64,000 bases of DNA from Minisyncoccia bacterium (GTDB taxonomy: Bacteria > Patescibacteriota > Minisyncoccia > 2-02-FULL-40-12 > IGHO2-01-FULL-4-A), in the NCBI GenBank assembly GCA_050015375.1, contig JBEKBN010000005.1:1858-65857 (forward strand), in the 5' to 3' direction. Of this stretch, positions 9,811 to 18,745 are shown one piece after another; position 1 is the stretch's first letter; the number at the start of each line of letters is the position of its first letter. Below the pieces are notes generated by a model. It was not told the origin of the DNA. It ran no database searches and saw only the letters and a program-made list of their open reading frames with translations. Position numbers and translations under genes: made by a program.

Positions 9811-10371
9811 GTGACGATTCCATTTAGGAAATCTTTGAAAGATTTCCGCGGGTTCACATTGGTCGAGTTGCTGGTGGTTATTGCCATCATTGGTATTTTG
9901 GCCACCTTGCTTTTGTTGCAATTGGGAGTAGCGCGCGCCAAGGCACGCGATGCCAAACGTATCGCGGATGTTAACCAGGTCCGGACAGCTATCGAACTGT
10001 ATTTTGATGACAATAGCGGAAATTACCCGTCAGCCGATATCTACACCGACGTCGCAACGAATACAAAAATGATCAAATACATGTCCTCCTTAAAGTTACC
10101 GGTTGATCCCCTAGACGCAGCAGTTAATTATCCGTATGCGTGGAATGTAAGTGGAACCAAGATATTACAGTTTCAGATTTGGACAAATTTAGAGCAAAGT
10201 AACGCTTCGGCGTTTTCCGGCGATACCAAGATTGACTCAACGGGTTGGTCCAATGGTGTAAAAGTTAATAGTAATGCCGCACATGAACTTTGTTCCACAG
10301 CGGCCACGACAGGTCCCGGAGCTATCGCTGCTGGAACCGCCGATTGTGTCTATGATTCTGGCCAGAGGTAA
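9811..10371 (+). CDS. pilA: Type IV major pilin (prepilin)
   Basis: Leader ...KDFRG | FTLVELLVVIAIIGILA with Glu+5. True start may be TTG at 9835 (MKDFRG leader, SD aggaaa). Confidence 0.85.
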   Translation: MTIPFRKSLKDFRGFTLVELLVVIAIIGILATLLLLQLGVARAKARDAKRIADVNQVRTAIELYFDDNSGNYPSADIYTDVATNTKMIKYMSSLKLPVDPLDAAVNYPYAWNVSGTKILQFQIWTNLEQSNASAFSGDTKIDSTGWSNGVKVNSNAAHELCSTAATTGPGAIAAGTADCVYDSGQR

Positions 10372-10387
10372 ATCCTAAACTTCAAAA

Positions 10388-10418
10388 CAAAATCCGCCTC
10401 ACCGGCGGATTTTGTTTT
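10388..10418 (+). terminator. Rho-independent terminator after the pilin gene
   Basis: aaaatccgcc-tcacc-ggcggatttt followed by a T-run. Confidence 0.7.
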
Positions 10419-10445
10419 GCATCCGCCGACTTTGTTCTATAATGA

Positions 10446-11228
10446 TTGAAGATGACCATGACATATTTGTTAACATTCATCTTCGGTTTGGTCTTTGGCA
10501 GTTTTGTCAATGTTTTGATATATCGGATCCCGCGGGGCGAGAACTTCGTGACCGATCGTTCCAAGTGTCCTCATTGCCACGCTTTCATCGAGTGGTATGA
10601 TCTCATTCCGCTTTTAAGTTTTTTGGTCCTGAACGGCAAGTGCCGGAACTGCGGCGCGAAGATCAGCTGGTCATATTTCTGGGTTGAGTTCTATTCCGGT
10701 TTGATCTTTCTTTTATCGTTCATGGTTTTCGGCAATTTCGGTGTCGGTCTCTGGCTGGCCAATGTCGCCATCCTCGAGATCTTTCTGATCCTGTTCATGA
10801 CCGATATCAAAGAGTTAATCTTACCCGACTCCGTGATTCTTGCTGGTATTGTCATCGCTCTCGCCGGATTCAAAACATTCAATTCAATTTCCGTTGAACA
10901 TCTTTTGACGGCTTTGATCTACTTGTTGTTTTTTTCGGCTGTCTGGTTTTTGTCGAAAGGGAAGTGGCTCGGCTTTGGCGACGGCAAGTTGATGTTTCTC
11001 GTCGGCTTGGTTTTCGGCGCGGTGGCGAGTGTTGTCGTTTTGTATATGGCGGTTATTTTGGGAACCATCATCGGCCTCGGACTTTTACTGTTCAAGAAAG
11101 CCAATCTCAAAACCCGCTTGCCCTTGGGCGCTTTTATCTGTTTCTCGGCCAGTGTGTATATCTTTTTTGGAAATGTTATAATAAGTAAGTTGGGGTCGAT
11201 ATATTTGATCTTAAACATTTTTAAGTAA
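10446..11228 (+). CDS. pilD: Prepilin peptidase PilD (A24 family)
   Basis: CPHC...CRNC zinc motif plus multi-TM core. Confidence 0.9.
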   Translation: MKMTMTYLLTFIFGLVFGSFVNVLIYRIPRGENFVTDRSKCPHCHAFIEWYDLIPLLSFLVLNGKCRNCGAKISWSYFWVEFYSGLIFLLSFMVFGNFGVGLWLANVAILEIFLILFMTDIKELILPDSVILAGIVIALAGFKTFNSISVEHLLTALIYLLFFSAVWFLSKGKWLGFGDGKLMFLVGLVFGAVASVVVLYMAVILGTIIGLGLLLFKKANLKTRLPLGAFICFSASVYIFFGNVIISKLGSIYLILNIFK

Positions 11229-11239
11229 AAACAATGAAT

Positions 11240-11434
11240 CCCGTTAGAAGTCACCCTAATCCCGTTAGAGAGCGTAAACCAATCAAAAGTTTTAAACAAA
11301 ATGGTTTATGCCACCTATTCGGGACTCTCTAACGGGACTAACGGGTTCGCGAATTAAAATTATATGTAAAAAGTTAACTGTTAGCAGGTTGTATAACTTA
11401 TGTAATTAACTATGCAACAGTGACTTCTAACGGG
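11240..11434. mobile_element. Nested MITE-like elements: outer 195 bp (CCCGTTAGAAG termini, TSD ATGAA) containing an inner GAGAG-subfamily copy at 11261..11336
   Basis: Outer TIR cccgttagaagtcac / gtgacttctaacggg flanked by atgaaT and ATGAAa. Inner cccgttagagagcg / ctctctaacggg. Confidence 0.7.
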
Positions 11435-11845
11435 ATGAAAACGGAGATTTCGCCAAAACAAGTCATATTGGCAGCCGTGGCAGTGATCATTATTGGGGTT
11501 GGTTTTAGTTTGATAAAGACCAGTTTTAACAAGGGCCAGGTTCAGAACCAGCAAGCCGCCCTCGTCCTTTATTTCGACCAGACCCAAAAACGGATATTTG
11601 AAGGCGATGTTACTGACAACATGTCGGTTTTGCAGGCGCTCTACGCTTCTTCTTTGGCCGGAAATTTTGATTTCCGCTATTCCGTCGAAAAGTCCGGCAA
11701 GATCCAGCTTTACAAGATCGGCGACAAGATCAATGATCTTGGCGGCCAATGGTATTTTTACCTCAACGGCAATCCCATAAATATCGGAGACATTGACCTG
11801 CAAAAAATAAACAAAGGCGACTTAATTGAGGCAAAATATCAATAA
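11435..11845 (+). CDS. Hypothetical membrane-anchored protein
   Basis: The ORF track starts at 11420 inside the MITE. The ATG at 11435 is the duplicated target ATGAA. One TM helix. Confidence 0.5.
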   Translation: MKTEISPKQVILAAVAVIIIGVGFSLIKTSFNKGQVQNQQAALVLYFDQTQKRIFEGDVTDNMSVLQALYASSLAGNFDFRYSVEKSGKIQLYKIGDKINDLGGQWYFYLNGNPINIGDIDLQKINKGDLIEAKYQ

Positions 11846-11860
11846 TAATTCGGGGCTTGC

Positions 11861-11938
11861 CCTGTTAGAGAGTGCAAAATTATTCGGGCGTTTTTTTTGT
11901 TCACAATTTTTCAATTATCAAAAGGACTCTCTAACAGG
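11861..11938. mobile_element. MITE-like element, GAGAG subfamily, 78 bp, TSD GCTTGC
   Basis: cctgttagagagtgc / ggactctctaacagg flanked by gcttgc on both sides. Confidence 0.7.
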
Positions 11939-11951
11939 GCTTGCCCCTCAC

Positions 11952-12563
11952 TTGAAAGCGATTTTAAAAAAAACGCCGCTTTTCGGCTGGTCGTTTTCAA
12001 GCGAGGGGTTCTCATTAGTTGAAATACTCGTTGTCACGACTATTATAGTCATCCTCTCGACGTTGATGGTTTTTAATTTCCGGTCATCGTCCACCAATAC
12101 CACCAGCCGCCATCAGGTGGCTTCGGTCATTGTCGCCGACATCAGAGAACTCCAGGCCCGGGCTTTAGCCGGAATTTCAGCGACCGGGACGATCGTTTGC
12201 GGCTACGGCATTCATTTTGTCAATTCCCAGAGCTATCTGACCTTTACGCGCCAACCGGATCCGGTGTTATGTTCAAAAACCGACGACCGGAAATTTGGCG
12301 CCGGCAACGACCAGGTTCTGGATACCAAGATCGTCGGTAATCCGAATTTTGCCATCCAAACGACCTCCGGTTGGGACAACAGCGACATTTATTTCGAACC
12401 GCCCGACCCGACGACATACATAAACAACGAGAAAACCGTCGCCGGCAATATTGAGCCCTCCGAGACCATATTGATAGTTCGCTCCAACGATCCAAGCGAT
12501 CTGTCTTCGAGCACCATAACCGTTTATGCGTCTGGAAAAATAGACATAACCGATTCGCAATGA
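11952..12563 (+). CDS. Minor pilin / pseudopilin
   Basis: ...SSEG | FSLVEILVVTTIIVIL prepilin N-terminus. The ORF track extends to 11826 through the MITE; TTG 11952 is proposed as the start (uncertain). Confidence 0.6.
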   Translation: MKAILKKTPLFGWSFSSEGFSLVEILVVTTIIVILSTLMVFNFRSSSTNTTSRHQVASVIVADIRELQARALAGISATGTIVCGYGIHFVNSQSYLTFTRQPDPVLCSKTDDRKFGAGNDQVLDTKIVGNPNFAIQTTSGWDNSDIYFEPPDPTTYINNEKTVAGNIEPSETILIVRSNDPSDLSSSTITVYASGKIDITDSQ

Positions 12564-13165
12564 CCCAGATGGAAAGATCAAAAGAAAAGGGGTTCACCCC
12601 GTTAGAGAGTGCAAAATCATTAGGACAATATTTTAGCGTGCGGTTTCGCAATTTCAAAAAGGACTCTCTAACGGGGTTCACCATGGTTGAGATCATCGTC
12701 ACCATTTTTATTTTGGGTTTGGCCCTGGCCGCTATTTATGGAATTTTGTCCGTTGACATGGCCAGCGCCACCGCCTCAAAAAACAATTACACCGCCAGCA
12801 TGCTGGCTCAGGAAGGAGTGGAATTGGTGAGAAATTTCAGGGATAGCGATTGGCTTGCCGGACGGGAATTTGGTTCGCTGGGAGGTTTAGGCGGACCAGT
12901 AGGCGATGGTACCTTTGCCGTTGAGTGGGATGGAACCACGCTTTTGCCGGCGGAGTTTGCCGATGAATATCTGGAGAAAGATTCGAACGGCGTCTTCTCA
13001 TATGATGGTGGCGGTGACACTCTTTTCAAAAGGGCGATTACTATTGATGAAACCACAGATCCGGGAGTTGAGATTATTGTAAGAGTTGATGTCACCTGGA
13101 CCGAAAGGGGACTGGATAAAAAATTATCCGCCGAAGATCATTTATTCAACTGGTACCAAAAATGA
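12560..13165 (+). CDS. Minor pilin with a MITE-encoded 28-aa insertion in the leader peptide
   Basis: MTQMERSKEKGFT[PLESAKSLGQYFSVRFRNFKKDSLTGFT]MVEIIV. The GFT...E cleavage site is regenerated after the insert. Confidence 0.7.
   Translation: MTQMERSKEKGFTPLESAKSLGQYFSVRFRNFKKDSLTGFTMVEIIVTIFILGLALAAIYGILSVDMASATASKNNYTASMLAQEGVELVRNFRDSDWLAGREFGSLGGLGGPVGDGTFAVEWDGTTLLPAEFADEYLEKDSNGVFSYDGGGDTLFKRAITIDETTDPGVEIIVRVDVTWTERGLDKKLSAEDHLFNWYQK
12598..12675. mobile_element. MITE-like element, GAGAG subfamily, 78 bp, TSD GTTCAC, in-frame in CDS
   Basis: cccgttagagagtgc...cactctctaacggg with 6-bp TSD; insert plus TSD is 84 nt (28 codons). Confidence 0.8.
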
Positions 13166-13788
13166 AAAAACCATTTCAAAAGGGCTTTACCCCGTTAGAG
13201 AGTGCAAGCTCAATCAAGAAATTTTTTAACGGACGATTTTGTAATTTTAAAAAGGACTCTCTAACGGGGTTTACATTGATCGAGGCCATAGTTTCCACAC
13301 TTATTTTCTCGATAATCTTGACTATCATCGGCGGCGCTTTCAGTTTGTTCCTGAACTCCCAAAGAAGAGCCATGAACATCCAGCAGGCGATCGAGAACTC
13401 CAACTTTATCTTCGAGTCCATGGCCAAAGAGATCAGGATGAGCACAATCCTCGATGTCGGCAACGACAATTGCCCGGGAACGTATTCGACGACTTTGAAC
13501 ATCGAGCATCCGATCAACGGCTTGGTTACTTACCAATGGGATAACGGCAATCTTTACCGGACCGTGAAAAATCAGACAACCAACGCAACGACCACGACGA
13601 TGCTGAATTCCGATTCGGTTCAATTGACCGGCTTCAAATTTTGCAAAATGGGCGTTGAAGTCGGCGACCAGATCCAGCAGAGGGTAACTATAATTTCGTC
13701 CGTTTCAACCAAGAACTCCAGTGACCAGCAAGCGGTCGTTGATGTTCAAACCACGATTTCCACGAGAAATCTGGAAACAAATCCATGA
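13162..13788 (+). CDS. Minor pilin with a MITE-encoded leader insertion
   Basis: MKKPFQKGFT[PLESASSIKKFFNGRFCNFKKDSLTGFT]LIEAIV. Confidence 0.7.
   Translation: MKKPFQKGFTPLESASSIKKFFNGRFCNFKKDSLTGFTLIEAIVSTLIFSIILTIIGGAFSLFLNSQRRAMNIQQAIENSNFIFESMAKEIRMSTILDVGNDNCPGTYSTTLNIEHPINGLVTYQWDNGNLYRTVKNQTTNATTTTMLNSDSVQLTGFKFCKMGVEVGDQIQQRVTIISSVSTKNSSDQQAVVDVQTTISTRNLETNP
13191..13268. mobile_element. MITE-like element, GAGAG subfamily, 78 bp, TSD (c/g)TTTAC, in-frame in CDS
   Basis: Same termini as 12598..12675; identical 78-bp length. Confidence 0.8.
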
Positions 13789-14132
13789 GCATAAATAACC
13801 CATCCAAAAAAAGATCGGACTCCGGCGTCGCCCTTTTGTTCACGATATTAATGATCGGCATTTTGCTCTCGATCATTTTGGTTTTGTCGAATATTTTTGC
13901 CATCAAGCTCAAACTGTCGGCTGAAACGAGGTACTCGGTCAGCGCCTATTACGCCGCCGAGAGCGGTGTTGAATACTGCCTGTACCTGAGAACATCGCCG
14001 ACTCCGGTTCCGGACCCGCCGGTTCTGGATAACGGCGCGACCTTTGATACCGGCGATACTTGCGCTTCCGGCAACATTAGATCGGTAGGTTCTTTCCGGA
14101 ATGTTTCCCGAGCCATCGAGATCTCATACTAG
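13785..14132 (+). CDS. PilX-N-like pilus-associated protein
   Basis: SDSGVALLFTILMIGILLSIILVL, the PilX N-terminal hydrophobic pattern. Four genes are linked by ATGA overlaps. Confidence 0.45.
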   Translation: MSINNPSKKRSDSGVALLFTILMIGILLSIILVLSNIFAIKLKLSAETRYSVSAYYAAESGVEYCLYLRTSPTPVPDPPVLDNGATFDTGDTCASGNIRSVGSFRNVSRAIEISY

Positions 14133-14133
14133 C

Positions 14134-14199
14134 CCCGTTAGAAGTCCGGTTCACAGATTTGAGCCGGCAGAAGCCCGTGCGCTTCTTGCTTCTAACGGG
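14134..14199. mobile_element. MITE-like element (CCCGTTAGAAG termini), 66 bp, immediately after a stop codon
   Basis: cccgttagaagtcc...gcttctaacggg starting 2 nt after TAG at 14130..14132. Confidence 0.6.
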
Positions 14200-14276
14200 G
14201 GGAGTTATGAACACCTAGCAATGCCAAAAACTGCGGGTGTGATAAAATATAACTACCAGGAAATGAAAAATTAAAC

Positions 14277-14822
14277 ATGGAAACTAACGAAAATCATCCA
14301 AAAAATTGGGCGGTGAAGGAAGTTGAAGAAAACTGGAGAAATATTTTAACGGTGATTTTAGCCGCGGTCATTTTGATTGTTGGATTAATTGTAATTTGGC
14401 GCAATCCGAAAGGACTGGTTACCATACCAACGCCAACGCCGACAGCGACGGCCAGACCGACAGTCAACATTATTCATGAGGGTTTGAAAACCGTTCTGAC
14501 CGGATTCCCGACCGATATTACATTCCCGGCCAGCGCCATTTTGACGGACAATCTCAAATACACCAGTCCCACCGGCCAAGTCCAGCTGACCAAGATGTTT
14601 ACGAGCACAAAAGCGGTCAGCGACAATTACACTTTTTTCTATAATCAATTCCAGAAATCCACGGCTTGGAAAATCGTTTCCAAACTTGATTCGGGCGCAC
14701 CTGCCGGTCTGATGGCTCTAGTTGCCACCGGCCACGGCGGAGTGTTGAGCGTTAACATCCGCAACGACAACTCCATCAAAAAAACCGTCATCGAAATCGA
14801 TTTCGTTCCGTCAACGAAATAG
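14277..14822 (+). CDS. Hypothetical membrane protein
   Basis: N-terminal TM helix, Thr/Pro-rich linker. Its 3' end is duplicated at 15876..15923. Confidence 0.5.
   Translation: METNENHPKNWAVKEVEENWRNILTVILAAVILIVGLIVIWRNPKGLVTIPTPTPTATARPTVNIIHEGLKTVLTGFPTDITFPASAILTDNLKYTSPTGQVQLTKMFTSTKAVSDNYTFFYNQFQKSTAWKIVSKLDSGAPAGLMALVATGHGGVLSVNIRNDNSIKKTVIEIDFVPSTK
14763..14810. repeat. 48-bp direct repeat, left copy (partner 15876..15923)
   Basis: aacgacaactccatcaaaaaaaccgtcatcgaaatcgatttcgt(t/c)ccg present twice, 1.1 kb apart. Confidence 0.85.
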
Positions 14823-14972
14823 AGACATCCCTGTTTATAAATTATAAAGTGGATTTAGGCCACTTTTTTCATTGAGTAAAAAAGCAAAAGCGGCAAATTC
14901 TTTATCAAACTGCCGAGGAGTTTGGCAAATTAATTAAGACAACCTTCCATCCATTTTGCGGTTGGATTCTAT

Positions 14973-15302
14973 TTGTTTTTGTGCTATAATAGAAATAGAA
15001 ATATGAAAATACCCGATTTCCTAAAAAAATACTTTTGGGATGTTGATTTTAACGGTCTCGATGCCAACACACATTCGCTTTTTATCGTTGAAAGAATATT
15101 AGAATACGGAGACGAAACCGCAACGAGTTGGATGCTGGATAATTTCAGCAAAGAGCAAATAAAGCAAACATTGCTGGAAAGAAAGGGTTTTTCGAAAAAA
15201 AGCGCTAACTATTGGTCTTTGATTTTAAATATACCTAAAGATAAAATTTCATGTTTGAACAGGTCTTACCAGCAGATGCAAAAAAGTCATTGGCCATATT
15301 AG
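14973..15302 (+). CDS. Hypothetical protein, upstream partner of the AbiEii-like gene
   Basis: 109 aa, low GC. Overlaps the next ORF by 52 nt in another frame. Confidence 0.4.
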   Translation: MFLCYNRNRNMKIPDFLKKYFWDVDFNGLDANTHSLFIVERILEYGDETATSWMLDNFSKEQIKQTLLERKGFSKKSANYWSLILNIPKDKISCLNRSYQQMQKSHWPY

Positions 15303-15874
15303 GCAAGAGCGGATTACTGAATGGCGCTTATCTGGCCGGCGGCACAGCTCTAGCCCTACAAATAGGACACAGGATTTCTGTTGATTTTGATTTTTTCACT
15401 CCGGAAGAATTTGACGAAAATATTCTAGTTCAACGGATGCAAAAAACAATTCCTGATTTTAAATTGGATAGGATGGAATGGGGAACCATTTTGGGATATA
15501 TTGGAGAAACCCGTTTCAGTTTGTTTTTTTACAATTATCCTCTTCTTTTCAAAACTCACGATTTCATGGGAGTTAAAATCGCAGACATAAAAGATATCGC
15601 CCCCATGAAAATAGCGGCCATATCGGACAGGGGGACGAAAAGAGATTTTATTGACTTATTTTTTTTAATAGAAGAGGAGAAAACATTGACGCTGGAAGAA
15701 GCGCTTGAGTTATATGATAAAAAATTCGGGTTACTTAAACAAAATAGAATTCATATACTGAAAAGCTTGGTCTATTTTGACGATGCCGAAAAAGGGGGAG
15801 AGCCCAAAATGATAAAAGACATATCTTGGGATAAAATAAAAAAAAGAATCGCAGAATTGGCGTTGGCTCAATAA
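15251..15874 (+). CDS. Nucleotidyltransferase, AbiEii/AbiGii toxin-like family
   Basis: AYLAGGTALALQIGHRISVDFDFFT, the characteristic GG(T/S)AL...D.DF NTase motif of this family. Confidence 0.65.
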   Translation: MFEQVLPADAKKSLAILGKSGLLNGAYLAGGTALALQIGHRISVDFDFFTPEEFDENILVQRMQKTIPDFKLDRMEWGTILGYIGETRFSLFFYNYPLLFKTHDFMGVKIADIKDIAPMKIAAISDRGTKRDFIDLFFLIEEEKTLTLEEALELYDKKFGLLKQNRIHILKSLVYFDDAEKGGEPKMIKDISWDKIKKRIAELALAQ

Positions 15875-15875
15875 T

Positions 15876-15923
15876 CAACGACAACTCCATCAAAAAAACC
15901 GTCATCGAAATCGATTTCGTCCC
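15876..15923. repeat. 48-bp direct repeat, right copy
   Basis: See 14763..14810. Confidence 0.85.
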
Positions 15924-15944
15924 CGGAAAATAATAAGTTGCTCT

Positions 15945-16003
15945 TCCGAGCCTTGTAGTTGACACTAAACTGTATATAGTTGTAAAATCCAGAAAGTACT
16001 TCC
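15945..16003 (+). promoter_or_regulatory. Promoter of the RiPP precursor gene
   Basis: TTGACA ... tgTAAAAT extended -10-like, then SD ggaggtg 7 nt before the ATG at 16018. Confidence 0.45.
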
Positions 16004-16017
16004 ATGGAGGTGTTTTT

Positions 16018-16194
16018 ATGTCTTTTATGTCTGGTTTTCTGACCTTGGACATTAGAGAGCCAGAGCAGGGCACACTTTCCGGCATCGAAATGCAACCGAC
16101 TTGTGATTGCGATGATATCGCCTGCGATACCAATTGCGATTGCCAAGATTGCGATTACAACTGTGAGGAATGCGACTGCGACAAAAGCGACTGA
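16018..16194 (+). CDS. Candidate RiPP precursor peptide A (58 aa), Cys/Asp-rich core
   Basis: Not in the ORF track because it is under 60 aa. MSFMSGFLTLDIREPEQGTLSGIEMQ-PTCDCDDIACDTNCDCQDCDYNCEECDCDKSD. Good SD, own promoter and terminator. Confidence 0.55.
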   Translation: MSFMSGFLTLDIREPEQGTLSGIEMQPTCDCDDIACDTNCDCQDCDYNCEECDCDKSD

Positions 16195-16224
16195 CAGTTT
16201 GCCCCGTTTGTAGCCAATGTCCCC

Positions 16225-16257
16225 GAGACGCCACTTCTTGGCGCCTCTTCTTTTTTA
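16225..16257. terminator. Bidirectional terminator after precursor A, convergent with the HExxH gene
   Basis: gagacgcc-acttctt-ggcgcctc followed by ttcttttttatt. Confidence 0.6.
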
Positions 16258-17124
16258 TTCAATGACGATGGGTTGTCTAAATTTTTTTAGAAGCTCCTGA
16301 TCTCTTAATGTTTTGTAGCCAAATTTATGCCACATCTCGATTTTTTTGCTTATTTGGTCGCCGATAGAAGCAAATAGTTTTATTAATTTATTAATAATCT
16401 GATTCATATCATTGTTATTATTTTTGTTAAAAATAATATTTTTGTCTACAAAATCAACCAGGGTCATATTATTATCTCCCTCCGATATGTGTATCTCTAC
16501 AATCTCTGGATTGCCTCGGGGAGATTTAGGCATATTAAAAAGGCTTAATAACTCTGGATTTTTAAACATACTTGAGGTGATTGATTCCTGTAAAACATAA
16601 ACCACATCCTTTGAAACATTTTGCCCAATTTTCCAGCCCATTTTCTCGATATATTCTAAAAAAATAATATGAGAAATTTCATGAATTGCAGTCGAAAGAA
16701 CCGACTTGTTTTCTGGATTTTTATTATTTAATTCTGCCAATACAGAATAAAAAAAATAATCTTTCTTGAATGGTGAAAACGGCAGGAGAGACAGATACGC
16801 GTTATATGCTATAGGATCAGACCATGAATAGTTCATAAATCCGCTCAAGAATTTAAAAGCCGCATTATTTTTTTTATTAATTATTTCTTGATTGTACTTG
16901 ATTATCTCTTCTAATTGATTACCCTTGCTTTGATGAAGTGAAACAACAAAATCACGCACTTTTTTTTCCGCATCAGAACTGTTTATTATGTCCGTAAGTT
17001 CCGGGTATGTTTTAAGGATCTTCTCTCGATTTTGAATAAAATATTTATGCCAAATAAAAGAAACGAAGGCGTCAGCATCTTTAATTGGGTCGTTAATAAT
17101 TTTGATTGTTGGGGATACGCCCAT
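16255..17124 (-). CDS. HExxH-motif protein, putative zinc metallopeptidase
   Basis: 289 aa, very low GC. TAIHEISHIIF. Homologous to 20241..20888 (T.IHEI.H.........W). Confidence 0.55.
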   Translation of the reverse strand: MGVSPTIKIINDPIKDADAFVSFIWHKYFIQNREKILKTYPELTDIINSSDAEKKVRDFVVSLHQSKGNQLEEIIKYNQEIINKKNNAAFKFLSGFMNYSWSDPIAYNAYLSLLPFSPFKKDYFFYSVLAELNNKNPENKSVLSTAIHEISHIIFLEYIEKMGWKIGQNVSKDVVYVLQESITSSMFKNPELLSLFNMPKSPRGNPEIVEIHISEGDNNMTLVDFVDKNIIFNKNNNNDMNQIINKLIKLFASIGDQISKKIEMWHKFGYKTLRDQELLKKFRQPIVIE

Positions 17125-17222
17125 TTCTTTAATATTTACAAATCTTTATTATAATTGTATAGTAAATTATAGCATAGCAACTGCACTTTAACAACGAAAT
17201 CCTAGCCAGAAAGAGGTTTTGT

Positions 17223-18563
17223 ATGTACAGGACTTTAAGCGCTCCGCTCATCACACAGGTTGAGTTGACTGAAAAATGTCCCAATAAATGTAGACATTGC
17301 TACAATTATTGGCGGACATTTAATACTGGCAAGTTCAATAATTTTCCAGCCAAAATGGTTGACCAGACGCTGGATAAATTAGCAGAAGCAAAAATATTTC
17401 ACTTAGTCATAACCGGTGGCGAACCACTTGCCAATAAACCAGTTCTTTTTAGTTTCCTCAAAGGCGTGGAAGCCCGAAAATTGACTTGCGGCATCAATTC
17501 GACATTATCAGGACTCACAAAATCAGATGCCGAATATTTTCAGGAAAGTGGCGTTATGAATGTCCTGATTTCGATATTGGGGTCAGACGAGAAAAAACAT
17601 GACGCTATTACCCAAAGCAGGGGTTCTTTTTCCCGCACAATTGATGGGATAAAAATATTGAAAAACACAAACATCCCCATTAGCGCAAATATGGTTGTCT
17701 CCGCCTTGAATATTGACGACATAATCCCGACTTCGATACTTGTTAAATCGCTCGGTTTTAAGAAATTCTTCATTACTAGGGCGGCTTGTCCCAGTAACTG
17801 TATTGATTTCAACGAGCTACGCTTAACAAGAGAACAGTTTACAGGTTACTTAAAAGAACTCCACGCTATTCAAGAACGGATGGGTTTGCGTACGGGTTTT
17901 TTGGAGTGCTACCCGCTTTGTGGCATGAAAGAATTACTACGATACAGTTCTTTTCTGGGTCGCAAATGTTTGGCCGGAATAACTAGCATGACCATAGGTC
18001 CGACCGGAGAAGCCAGACCCTGTTCCCATTTGGATAAGGTTTATGGAAATATATTCAAGGAAAATATCCGTGAAGTTTGGTCCAGAATGACGGAATGGCG
18101 TCATCAATCGTTGCTACCAGACATATGCAAGTCATGCAGAATCGTTAACTATTGTGGTGGCGGGTGCAGGATGGAAGCAAAAACGCTCGGGGGAGGTATA
18201 AATGAAATCGATCCCTTTGCTGAACCGGCAAATGTCGAATATGCGACAGAACAACTTGCCATTTTACACAGAAGAAAACTTGCGAAAAAAGATGAGCTAC
18301 CAAAATTCTGCAGGATAAACCCAAGCTTACGGGTGCGGAATGAATCCTTTGGAGGAGTGTTTTTTGTGGGGGATAAGTCATCTGGTTTAGTGGAATCTCC
18401 AGTGATGGATTTCGTTGGTAGGCTAGATAAAAGGCAAATTTATGAAGTTGATTTTTTGACCGCAGAGATAAATCGTTCTTTATCTTCCGTAAACATCACC
18501 AAGTTTCTCAACCGTATGTTCAAGGAAAAGATTTTCGTTGCTATTTCCGGGGATCATGTTTGA
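17223..18563 (+). CDS. Radical SAM / SPASM-domain peptide-modifying enzyme
   Basis: CPNKCRHCYN (CxxxCxxC) plus C-terminal SPASM cysteines CKSCRIVNYCGGGCR. Confidence 0.85.
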   Translation: MYRTLSAPLITQVELTEKCPNKCRHCYNYWRTFNTGKFNNFPAKMVDQTLDKLAEAKIFHLVITGGEPLANKPVLFSFLKGVEARKLTCGINSTLSGLTKSDAEYFQESGVMNVLISILGSDEKKHDAITQSRGSFSRTIDGIKILKNTNIPISANMVVSALNIDDIIPTSILVKSLGFKKFFITRAACPSNCIDFNELRLTREQFTGYLKELHAIQERMGLRTGFLECYPLCGMKELLRYSSFLGRKCLAGITSMTIGPTGEARPCSHLDKVYGNIFKENIREVWSRMTEWRHQSLLPDICKSCRIVNYCGGGCRMEAKTLGGGINEIDPFAEPANVEYATEQLAILHRRKLAKKDELPKFCRINPSLRVRNESFGGVFFVGDKSSGLVESPVMDFVGRLDKRQIYEVDFLTAEINRSLSSVNITKFLNRMFKEKIFVAISGDHV

Positions 18564-18745
18564 TCCCTTTTTTATTTGATAAATTTAATTATGCACTTAT
18601 CTTTCATATCTTCTTGACTTCTTCATTTAGGAGTAGTATATTGACAGAGTAGTGAAAGTGGGGTTTTTGGTTAGTTACCAGAACCTTAACAACGCAATAT
18701 TTATTTGACATCAGACGGGTTCAAGATTCGTCGGAAGGAGGGGCT

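Noticed and set aside
12598-13268. Interpreting the in-frame palindromic inserts as introns or inteins
   Set aside because: They are too short for inteins, have terminal inverted repeats with target duplications, and are translated through without stops. MITE-type insertion is the simpler explanation.
15868-16234. Minus-strand ORFs 15868..16146 and 16052..16234
   Set aside because: They overlap the plus-strand precursor-peptide gene, which has a promoter, SD and terminator. The antisense frames are by-products of its Cys/Asp codon repeats.
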